Source of the DNA: Felis catus | Taxonomy: Eukaryota | Assembly (NCBI RefSeq): GCF_018350175.1 | Contig: NC_058368.1 | Location: forward strand, 146,136,001-146,200,000 | Length of the DNA stretch: 64,000 nt | Direction: 5' to 3' | Shown here: positions 38,791-49,900 of the stretch, piece by piece | Position numbering within the stretch: position 1 is the first letter of the stretch | How the letters are laid out: the number at the start of each line of letters is the position of its first letter | Translations under genes and position numbers: made by a program | Notes under the pieces: model-generated | The model's input: only the letters and a program-made list of their open reading frames with translations | The model's database searches: none | What the model was told of the DNA's origin: nothing

Positions 38791-40229
38791 ATCCTGACAA
38801 GATTTGCTCATGTTTTTCAGTGAAACCGTAACTTCTTGATGGGTATTACTTACTAAATGATCTTTGAACAAACTCATTTTCCTACTTGTCTTTCATCTTA
38901 TTGAAAACAGAAATGTCTTCAGGTTTGTATGTATGGAAAAAAGTCTAAAATGCATAACAGATTGTTTTATCAAAGAAGCCAGAATATCCCACCACCAGAA
39001 GATTATGTCTGAAAATGAAACTGCTTATGACCACCATCATTTCAAAAAATAATTGATCTTTGTCAAGTGGAAGCAGTTGAAAACCCATTTTTCTTTGAAT
39101 GTATATACGCTTTACCTCTAAACCCTATGGCATTTCAGTGTGAATTGAATAAAGTCTTTCAGTGTCCAAACTTCAAGTGTACAAATCTGTCTGTATTTTC
39201 CTTCTGTCTTGAAGACTGACCTGTGTGTCTTCTAACTGTGCTCTAAATTATATTTATATCTATAGAAATATAGATCTCTATCTATATTTTTGCTTCAAAA
39301 AAACAGGAAATCCTCAGAGATCAGTCAGATAACATTGTGTTTAGTGCTTATTTTCATCTTTTAGGCTTTCTGAGGATGGAAGAAGCTTGTGATATAAATT
39401 TCTCAAGTGAACATTTCTTGATTACTGAAACTGGAGTTCTCACCAAGATTTTACATTTAACATCAGAAAGAAAGATGAAGGGAAGAAAGGCAGTGTTTAT
39501 ACAGGGAAGCTGGGCAGTTGTTCAAGAATGAGTTCCAGATGCTGTAACCTTGAAGACCTTGGCTTCCATGGAAGGCCTTGTGTCTTTCATGGGATAAGAT
39601 GCTCAGGAGGATAAATTTCCTTTCGAAACCAGATGAGTCAATCTCATCCGTAGTTGCAACTTGAAAGAAGAGGATTTACTTAGCTGTCAGGTTATGTCAA
39701 TCCACTTAGCAGGGCCATGGTGTGGGCAGGTTTGTCAGAGCAATCAGAACATCTCAGAGGAATCTGGATGTATGTAGTATCAATTTATTGTAGATCCTGC
39801 TACTATTTTCATTCTGCTGATCATTTGTCACAGTTCGAAAGAAGGAGAAGTTTTCGCTAGTGTCATGTATGGGAAATGGCAAAAATCAGAATTTCTTGGA
39901 TGACTTATTGTCTGAGGCGTTTTCTTAAAGACGAGTTTAATGTCTTTATAGTTGCTTGTTGGATCGAAGATTTTAATAGACATGAATGCCTGATGAAATG
40001 TAAAAGACAGTTCTTCTAGAGGCTTTCTGTGAGTTATACCTTTCCTACCATGAGTTTTGTGCGTGTTATAACGTTTAAATGAAACATTCTTTGTGCCACT
40101 CTCTGATTCAAAGGGAAAGGGAAGGGACAGAAAGGGAAGGCTTTCTTTCACCAGTTTTACAGACCTATCAAGCGATGAGAAATTTACTGAGCAGCAACTA
40201 TGTATGGCACTGACGCTCACTTATTGCTC

Positions 40230-40800
40230 GTCCATCATTTCTCAGCCAGTGCTTTCTTAAATCTATTCTCCAAACAAAAACAGTCACAATTATTTTTTTT
40301 AAATGTACACAAGTCATCTTTCTTCTGCCAAACCCTCCAGTAGGTTTCCATCAAATTCAGAATAAATTCCTAACTCCTTAGAGTTTCTCCCCATTCACGC
40401 ACTCTGCTCCAGCCACCTCCTACCAGTCAGCCGAGATTTGTAGATTCCATTTATTAAAGCGGGTTTTAACCTATCAGTTGCCACTTTCCACTATTAGCTC
40501 CCCTCCAGCACTGAAACAATCCCTAATTCATCTCCCTACCTCTGCACACTGCAGGCAGAGTGATCTCTTGAAAACACTACTCAGATTATATCACTCGCAT
40601 GCTTAAAATATTTAAATGGCATCTCATTGCCATCCCGATTGCATATAAACTCCTTAACCTGGTTTATGAGGTATGTCATAATATGGTTACTGTTTAGTTC
40701 TCAGGTCAAATTCCACACTCCATCCTCTTAACCTGTCCTACACTCCCCCACCTCACAACTGCCACACTCCTGCCATAATTTTCCCTTTTTAGTCATGGTC
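40230..40800. mobile_element. L2 LINE fragments
   Basis: gcagagtgatctcttgaaaacactactcagattatatcactc; aaaaccctccagtaggtttccatc. Confidence 0.55.
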
Positions 40801-40880
40801 TCAAATCATATTTACAGTGTTCTTTTCTTTCACTGTAATGCCCTTTCCATCTTTCTTTGCCTTAAAAATGTCTTACCCCT

Positions 40881-41087
40881 GGGGAACCTGGGTGGCTCAG
40901 TCAGTTAATCATCCACCTTCAGCTCAGGTCATGATCTCACGGTACCTGAGTTCAAGCCCCATGTCAGCTCTGTGCAGACAGCTCAGAGCCTGGAGCCTGC
41001 TTCAGATTCTGTGTCTCCCTCTCTGTCTCTCTCTGCCTCTCCCCTGCTCACGCTCTGTCTCTCAAAAATAAATAAACGTTAAAAAAA
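40881..41087 (+). mobile_element. SINEC
   Basis: Full SINE body; flanking repeat gtcttacc. Confidence 0.95.
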
Positions 41088-42545
41088 GTCTTACCATGAC
41101 CAAAAAGCATGTGGACCCCAAATGTTACAGCTTTTTAATAATGCAGCTCTTTTAAAGGACATACATGCAATTTTTCCCTAAGGTATGTTCACAACATCAA
41201 AGTATGACATGATGAGAATAGATTCCAGCATCAATAGTAGGCTGGCACTTTCCCTTTGCCAGCTAATTTCTCTTACCACTTCTCACCCCCAACTTAGCAG
41301 CACCAGATCAGACCCCTTTACTCTTAGGTGAGCTAAACATGGTCCTCTTGCTCATTCCTGGAAAGCTTACCCCCAACAGAAGAGCCTAACCATCAGACAC
41401 AGTTTCTATCTTTTGGCTTCCAAGTAAAAGAAAGTAAATTCCCTTTCCTTTTTCATTCAGTAGGCTTCTATAGCAGTATCCAAAAGCCAAATGCAAATGG
41501 ATATGTTGTGAGAAGAGCCTCTATGCCCCAGGGCCTTGACCAGCCAAAAACACCTTGTTAAATACAATTCAGCAATGTTATACATAACTACAACATTAAC
41601 TTTTTCTTTAAATCATGTAGATGATTTTATGCTAGCGTGTGCTGAATTTAAGAAATTATTTTCCAGCAAGACAAGGCACTCAAATAGTTTTTGATTACTC
41701 TGGTTACTTAGGACACAGTTTCTCATCCTCTCACCTTCGTGTGTTATTTCCCCCAGATATGTGGACATTGTGCTTTCTGAATGGCCTGGACCTATGTGAG
41801 GAACCCAGAAAGTTTGAACACATTTGCTTTCTAGGACCTATGGAGATGTAAAAGAGAGCATCTTACCTCTAATAGTTGCTGACTTGTTTAATGGTAGTTG
41901 CTGCCCAGTTTAAAAAAAAAAAAAAAAAGGATGAAAAAGTCTCATATGTGTAGTTCCTATCAGCATTGTGAGCAGAACCACCCATTTTTTCTACACACAT
42001 GGAAAGATGGTGCTTATTGTATGTTAACAAATAACATGCGTTCAAGGGAATTACTCCACAGGTAAAGACTAAATTTGCCTGGAGAGAGAATCCCCCCACA
42101 GCTTTTCCTTCTACGTGTGCACAAAGTACAGTCTTCCACTAATATCCTCTTTGTACCTCCCTGTTATGATGGATATTCTGATGTAGGAGACTGAGAAAAG
42201 AAGGAGATAACCAAGAAGTCCTCCTTACATTAAAGCAGGTTTAAAAGTTAGTTTATTTCTTACTTAATGTTGCTTAGACTCCTTCTTATTAGCTTATATC
42301 TACATTCACAGCTTCAGAGTCATTTATACTTGAGAAATCCCATAGGTAAATGGAAATAATTATTTGGGGAATTCTGGCTACGTTATCCTAATTTTATTTG
42401 CATTCTGACTGCTTTGCATTTGCTTACTTAAGAGACAAAGACTGGAAGGGGCAGCATCAACTTGCCTTTAGGTTTATGTCCTACATTTGCAAATGAGGCA
42501 TATCTGTGTCTGCATTTGTATTTTAATATGATCTGTGTTGTTGTT

Positions 42546-44093
42546 GTTTTAATTGAAGTGTAGTTGACATACAAAGTTATATTAGTTTCAGGTGTACAGC
42601 ATAGTGATTCCCTAAGTCTACATACTATGATCACAAGTGTAGCTGCCATCTGTCACCATACAACACTATTACAATACCATTTACTACATGCTTTATGCTT
42701 ATATTTCATCCCTGTGACTTATTCATTCCAAAACTGGAAGCCTGTACCTTCCCCTTACCTTCACCCATTTTGCCCATCCCTGTACCCCTCTGTCAACCAT
42801 TATTTCTGCTTTTTTGTATTTTTAGATTCCATATATAAGTGAAATCATATGGTATTTTCCTTTCTCTGACTGACTTATTTCACTTAGCCTAATACCCTAT
42901 AGGTCTATCCGTGTTGTTGTACCTAGCACAATCTCCTGCTTTTTTATGGCTGTATAATATTCCACTGTATATATAGACCACTTCTTTTTTATCCATTCAT
43001 CTGTTGGTGGACATTTGAGTTATTATCATATCTTGGCTATTGTAAATAATGCTGCTAAACATAAGAGTGTATAGAACTTTTTGAATTCATGTTTTCATTT
43101 TCTTTGGGTAAATATTATTGGACCATGTGGTAATTCTATTATTAATTTTTTGAGGAGCCTTCATACTGTTTGCACAGGGATTCTTTTTTCTTTATATCCT
43201 CTCAACACTTGTTACTTCTTGTCTTTCTGATTTAGCCATTCTGACAGGTGTAAGATGATATCTCATTGTGGTTTTGATTTACATTTCTTTGATGATGAGT
43301 GATGTTGAACATCTTTTGATGTGTCTGTTGGCCATCTGTATGTTTTCTTTGGAAAATGTTTTAATCAGGTCATCTGGCCATTTTAAAATCAGATTCTTTG
43401 GGGCCTTTTTTTTGGTGTTATGTAAGTTCTTCATATATTTTGGATAGTAACCCTTTACTGGATATGTCATTTGCACGTATCTTTTCCCATTCAGTAGGTT
43501 GTCTTTTACTTTTGTTGATTGCTTCCTTCACTGTGAAAAAGCTTTTTAATTTTATGTAATTCCAATAGTTTATATTTGCATTTGGTTCCCTTGCCTGAGG
43601 AGACATATCTAGAAAAATGTTGCTAAGACCAATGTCAAGGAAATTACTGCCTATGTTTTCAGTGCAATCCCTATCAAAATACCACCAGCATTTTGCACAG
43701 AACTGGAACAAATAATACTGAAATTTGTATGGAACCAAAACAATCTTGAGAAAGAAGAATAAAACTGTATGTATCATGATCCCATATTTCAAGATATACT
43801 ACAAAGCTGTAGTAATCAAAACAGTATGGTACTAGCACAAAAATAGACACATAAATCAGTGGAACAGAATAGAGGGACAAGATATAAATCCATGCTAATG
43901 GATATAATCCATTAATTTATGACAAAGAATATATAATAGGGAAAAGACAGTTTCTTCAGTAAATTGTGCTGTGAAAACTGGATAGCTCCATGTAAAAGAA
44001 TGAAACTGAATCACTTTCTCACAGCATACTCAAAAAATAAATTCAAAATGGATTAAAGACCCACATGTGAGATCTGAAACCATAAAATTCCCA
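42546..44093 (-). mobile_element. Carnivore L1, 5'-truncated with 5' inversion (minus 42546-43660, plus 43661-44093)
   Basis: Orientation switch at ctatgttttc|agtgcaatccc; TSD gatctgt(g/a)ttgtt(g/a)tt at 42530 and 44094. Confidence 0.92.
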
Positions 44094-44199
44094 GATCTGT
44101 ATTGTTATTTTAAGTTTCCTATATATTAAATAGCAATCTTCATCTTTCAGTTCAATCTCTACCATTTTAACTGTCAATTATTGAGCAACTACTAAGGAC

Positions 44200-44340
44200 T
44201 GGAATCTAGTTTACATAGTTTAAATGTAACAACCCATAGGTACCTTGCAAGGTAGAATCATGGTGTCCATTTTAGGCTTAAGGAAGCAGCGTTTAAGTGG
44301 CTTATCTACATTCATGCATCTGATAAAGGCAACTGGGCTG
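44200..44340 (-). mobile_element. MIR fragment
   Basis: ccttgcaaggtagaatcatggtgtccattttaggcttaaggaagcag. Confidence 0.5.
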
Positions 44341-44980
44341 CACAATGAAGGAACTTTCTTTTATCCTAGCCGGGTAAAGTATTTGTGGCAGGTTAGCTTA
44401 GCTGGGTAGAGAGTAAAATTCGGTGCTAATGAGGTCAAAGTCATAAATGTGAAGTTTCAGTAAGGGCTTTTCTCTGATTCATAACTGGAAAGTTCAACAT
44501 TTAACCCTCGTCAGTCAATGTGTGCTGTTCACAAAAATAGAGTGTAAGACTGGGTGGCTCAATATAAATCCATCACTAATATTGGAAGCAGTACTCAGAA
44601 AACATGATTCCTAATAAATAGTCAAAATCATTTTTTTCCAACAGTAGTTATATTTAAACTAGGAAGTCATCTATCATTTTCACTCTAATATCCAGGCATT
44701 GGTAAAATCAGAGAATAGTTGAGCTGGATGCTACCATCTGATGTCTCTGTTACAATCCCTTCATTTGGAAAATAAGAGAACAAATTAAAATTCATGAGTA
44801 AGAGCAGAGGCAGAAGTTATTGGATTGTTTCCCCAGTGTCTCTAAGTCAGAGGTAGAGAGCAGAGAATGGAACTTGATTTTTCTCACTCCTAGTTTATGA
44901 CTCTTTTTACCAACCTAGGGACAGGATTCACTGTGGCCCTGAGCAAAAGAGAAATGATTTTCTGGCCACCTGGTATTTAT

Positions 44981-44997
44981 TTATATATATACACACA

Positions 44998-45042
<45 letters not shown>

Positions 45043-45063
45043 GTATATATATGTGTATATATA

Positions 45064-45099
<36 letters not shown>

Positions 45100-45116
45100 C
45101 ATAAATATATATATAT
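44981..45116. repeat. Compound (TA)/(CA)/(TG) microsatellite
   Basis: Directly visible; CA and TG tracts are mutually complementary. Confidence 0.95.
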
Positions 45117-45136
45117 TTTTTTCATGTTTTCTCCCC

Positions 45137-46014
45137 TCAGAGAGTCCCCCTTAAGATTTCTTGCAGGGCTGGTTTAGTGGTCACAAACTCCTTTAATTTT
45201 TGTCTGGGAAACTTTTTCCCTCTCCTTCTATTTTGAATGACAGCCTTGCCGGATAAAGAATTCTTGGCTGCATATTTTTCTGATTCAGCACATTGAATAT
45301 ATCCTGCCACTCCTTTCTGGCCTGCCAAGTTTCTGTGGATAGGTCTGCTGCAAACGTGATCTGTCTTCCTTTGTAGGTTACAGACTTTTTTTCCCTTGCT
45401 GCTTCCATGATTCTCTCCTTGCCTGAGTATTTTGTGAATTTAACTATGATATGCCTTGTTGATGGTCAGTTTTTATTGAATCTAATGGGGGTCCTCTGTG
45501 CTTCCTGGATTTTGATGTCTGTGTCTTTCCCCAGGTTAGGAAAGTTTTCCGCTATGATTTGCTCACATAACCCTTCAACCTGTATTTCTCTCTCTTCTTC
45601 TTCTAGGACCCCTATGATTCTGATGTTGTTCCTTTTTAATGAGTCACTGATTTCTCTAATTCTTAAATCGTGCTCTTTTGCCTTAATCTCCCTCTTTTTT
45701 TCTGCTTTGTTATTCTCTATAAGTTTGTCCTCTCTATCGCTGATTCTCTGTTCTGCCTCACCCATCCTTGCCGCTGCTGCATCCATCCGTGATTGCAGCT
45801 CAGTTATAGCATTTTTAATTTCATTCTGGCTATTTTTTACTTCTTTTATCTCTGCAGAAAGGGACTCTAATCTCTTTTCGACTCCAGCTAGAATTCTGAT
45901 TTTTGTGATTCTAAATTCTGGTTCAGACATCTTGCTTGTATCTGTGTTGGTTAAGTCCCTGGCTGTCATTTCTTCCTGCTGTTTCTTTTGGGGTGAGTTC
46001 CTTCGTTTTGTCAT
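45137..46014 (-). pseudogene. L1 ORF1, nearly intact (one nonsense codon, one late frameshift)
   Basis: MTKRRNSPQKK...RNNIRIIG...ENFPNL..., TGA at 45466-45468, in-frame continuation RILYPARLSF, shift near 45200 into [20 protein letters not shown]. Confidence 0.92.
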
Positions 46015-46199
46015 TTTGAAGGGAGAAAAGGAATTAACGAGGTAGAAAAATTAAAATTAAAAAATTAAAATTAAAAGATATTAAAATTAAACACACACAC
46101 ACACACACATACACAAATTGAATAAATGATGCTAGATCCTAGGTGTGTTTTGGTCTGGGTATTGAAAGTGATTTGACAGATTAGAGAAAAAAGGGGGGG

Positions 46200-46870
46200 G
46201 AAGGAAAAAAAAAAGGAAATCATTTGAGACTTTGAAAAAATGAATACACTGAAGTAGACTAAAATAAGATGATGAGTGTAAAATAGAATTTGAAAAATAT
46301 ATACACAAAAGTAAAGAATATAGTAGAAAAAAAGTAAAGAAAAATATTTTTATTAAAAATTAAAAATAAAAATGAAGTTTTTCTTTTTCTATATTCAAGA
46401 AAAAAAAGAAATGAAAAAGAGAAAAAAGGGGGGGAAAGGAAATCATTTGAAAATTTGAAAAAGTGAATACACTGTAATAGACTAAAATAAAGTGATGAAA
46501 GTAAAATAGAATTAAAAAAATACATAAAAGCAAAAAATATAGCAATAAAAATTAAAGAAAAATATTTTTAATAGAAATTGAAGGTAAAAATGAAGTTTTT
46601 CTCTTTCTGCATTCAATAAAAAGAAAAGAAATGAAAACGAGAAAAAAAATAACAGAAAAAGATCATTTGAAAATTTGAAAAGGTGAATATACTGAAGTAG
46701 ACTAAAATGATGGAAGTAAAATAGAATTTGAAAAAAATTTACACAAAAGTAAAAAATATAGTAATAAAAACTAAAGAAAAATATTTTTAATAAAAATTGA
46801 AAATAAAAATGAAATTTTCTCTTTCTGTATTCAAGAAAAAGAAGTGTACAAGAGAAAAAAAGAAAAGAAA
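46200..46870. repeat. About 3 x ~220-bp AT-rich tandem repeat in L1 5'UTR
   Basis: atcatttga...tgaata(c/t)actg...agactaaaat recurs at ~46219, ~46442, ~46662. Confidence 0.9.
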
Positions 46871-47865
46871 AGAAAATTGAATGGATGGACCTGCTAACAG
46901 ATTGAAGTAAGACTGAAATTAGTTCCTTTTCCCCTAGAAGTGAATCTATGTAATGCTTTATAGTCCATAAACTAAGCTGGTGGTGAGACTTGTGTTCTTG
47001 AAGAGAGAGGGTGTCTGGCCACCTGAAAGTGAGAAGCACATAACTAACCTGCCTCCAGATGTAAGGGAGAGAATGGAGTTTAATGTTTCCCTTAGGAAAC
47101 GGCCCACTTTGAAGGACACCTTTCTTGATTCTCATTGAAATTCTCTACTTTTCCTTTAAGCTTGTTGAAATTAAAATTTTTTGTTTTTCTTTGCCTTATT
47201 GGTTTCCCCTTTTCTGTTCTCAGAATTCTAAACCATACCAATCTCTGTGAACAATAGCCTCAAGGTTGTCTTTCATCAATAAAACACCAACCAGCCTCTC
47301 CCAACTTTCGAGTATTACTTTGAGAAAGGTGCCTGTCTTTGTGGATTCCTTTGCTTTTTTCACATAGGAAATTCTAGGAATTTTTTAGAAAGTGACTTTT
47401 ATAGAAATACAGATTTCTAGAATACATCTCTCTGTATAGGTGAGGTCTCTTTTCATCTTTAAATTGTAAAATTTGGCAGGCTGTTGGCAATGACGAACAA
47501 CAAACATAGAAACTAAGCAGTTGTATAGAAAGAAAAATAGAGTAAAACAGGAATCTAAATATTTAGTATCCACCTGACTTAACATTGTTTACAGCTGTTA
47601 GAGTCACCTTTTTCACTGAATGAATTGAAAACCAATGAAAAGAAAGGGATGCGATGGTGTTGTTACACCCTTAAAACTCTTTTGTCTAAATCAACATCAG
47701 ACATTTAAATTTTACTTTCTGTATTTAACTTATCTCCTTGATTTCCGATGAAGACTGTAAAGAAGGTAATTATGTGAGTTTTATTCAGACTTATGACACT
47801 GTAGGTTAAGATTACTCATAAGCTTGAAACCACAGTATTGGAATTCTTTTTGATAATATTTATAT

Positions 47866-48029
47866 TAGTGAGCAAGCTTAGGGAGCATCAGGATCACTGA
47901 AAGGACTTGTCAAACAATGCTGGGCCCCCAATCCCAGAGTTTCTGATTTGGTAGGTCTGGGTAAGGCCTGAGAATTTGCTTTTCAAATAGGTTCCCAGAT
48001 TGTGCTGGTCCTGAGACCATATTCTACTG
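47866..48029. mobile_element. MER5A-like hAT DNA transposon
   Basis: gctgggccccc...cccagagtttctgatttggtaggtctggg...ggcctgagaatttgc. Confidence 0.75.
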
Positions 48030-48599
48030 ATGTATACCAGTAGAATAAAAGTCTGAATTCTTTCTTTCTGTTAGTGTGAATGTATACCCTAATACAAAAG
48101 CAACCTCAGACACTAACCATTTGACAAGAATCAGATTTGGATTTTATAAAAGTCTGGAGAAAATTATTGTGGCAATTTCACTTTGCCTGTCTTCTACAAA
48201 GTTGCTTGGTCCAGGTGAGTCTCAAGTTACTCACTCCCAGCCAGTCTGTCAAATCTAATTCCAAATACTAGGCTATTTGAAAATACAATAAAATGTTTAT
48301 AAATGCAGTTGATCTTGTGAATATCTAACAACTGTCATTGGAAACTAGTGGTTCATAGTTCAAATTATGTAAATGCTGCATAATGTTCATGATGTGCAAA
48401 TGGGAAATCCTAAAAAAAAAAAAAAAAGAAGAAACAAACCCTCAACAGTTTTGTTATTAGGAACTAGCTGGGTGGCACCATTCATTCAGCCTTGTTAGCA
48501 TCCTGAATGAAGTCAGTCACTTTGCTGAGTAGTCAAAATAAATACGAGCAAGATAAGAAAGAAGGAAATAAGGAGGAAAGACTTGTATAAATAATTGCC

Positions 48600-49900
48600 T
48601 TGTAGCTCCTTGTAACATTACTGCAGTTTTTATGCACAACAGAAATAGTTTCAGCTTTTCTCCCTTGGAAAAAAAAATGGTCTGAATTGAAATATATATC
48701 ATGCTCATTTACTTTCACCGTGACAGAGTCTGCTTAAACAACGCAGCTTGTGGAGATTTATTGTGCTAGACAACTGTTTTAGATCCACAGAAGCTGTTTG
48801 GAGAGCAGATAAGCACAGCCTAACTTGAGAAACACTAACTTTACTTCAGTGTGGTCTTTATGGATACTTGTTGTTCCCGGAACTATTTCCTGAATGGAAA
48901 TAATCTGTTTTGCAGTGTATTTTAGTACCTTTTGTTAGAGACACTTCATGCTCCTGGCCGCAAGCTGGAACTTCAGACTTCATGGCATCAGGCTCCCCTG
49001 AAAGGCCAGTATCAGCTATGAAAGGACTTTATAATTTAAGGTGAAAAGCCATGATTATGAGTCTCAAAACCCTAAGTGCCAAAAAGCATTTTAAACAGAA
49101 GAAGACTGACAGGGCTGTCAAGCAGTAATGCATCTGTATTTGCATCTGACCTGAAAGCACTTTCAACATCTGCAAGCCTGAAAAAAACAAAGAAAAATCA
49201 GGCAAAGAAAAGTTGCCTTGGAATGAAAGATTAACGACACAGCAAACTGCCTACTTCTGGCAGAAGAGCCTGTCACCCTGGCTCTTCAGCTGTCACCCAG
49301 GATCGGACATTCTTGGGAATGAGTCCTGTCTTTAGGGTTATGCATTTGTTTTCTTGCACGCTAAAGTAAGGGCAAGAGGGACAAAAAGAATGCATTTCAT
49401 GTCTTTTTAACTGCAGTGAAACTGCAGGCGCCGATTCAAAGACGAAGACTGAGCTGTCTGTCAAATGGCATACACATCTCCTTTGTAAACACTTTTGTGA
49501 TCAGCTTCCTTCTGGTCTGGTCATGGTGTTTATAATCATTTCTTAGAACAAGGCTAAAAGGAAAAAGGTATCAGTTTCATTATACCGACAATAGGCCACA
49601 GTCACTGTTGCTGAAGTTTAGACAGTGATGCCAAAAATATTTTAACCTTGGGCTTTTTATTTTGTTCCAGCATAACAAACTTATATATGTATGAGATTAA
49701 TGAATGGATCTTGCAAAGGCATATAACAATTAGAAAAAAGTACTAAGGGTTTGTCTTACAGTTATCTGCCCATTACCCCCAACTGGCATTGTGTCTGTAA
49801 CATGATATGGATTCCTGGCTTTGATAGGGAATTTGAAAAAAAATCTTATTACACTGTATATCGTAAGTGTTCTATATTGTAAATTGATCAAATATATAAG
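48600..49900. promoter_or_regulatory. Candidate enhancer or alternative promoter
   Basis: No recognisable repeats; GATA, RUNX, STAT palindrome, paired TGACAG, octamer and forkhead motifs within ~700 bp; motif evidence only. Confidence 0.3.

Larger units (their letters stand above)
44973..47013 (-). mobile_element. ORF1-only L1 insertion (part of 5'UTR, ORF1, microsatellite spacer)
   Basis: 12-bp TSD tctggccacctg at 44961-44972 and 47014-47025; no ORF2 sequence. Confidence 0.92.

Noticed and set aside
39330..40220. Possible exon or 130-aa ORF
   Set aside because: No recognisable protein and no convincing paired splice sites
45407..46045. 212-aa hydrophobic + strand ORF
   Set aside because: Antisense shadow of L1 ORF1
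46259..47135. Phe-rich ORFs up to 207 aa resembling membrane proteins
   Set aside because: Translation of the T-rich L1 5'UTR tandem array
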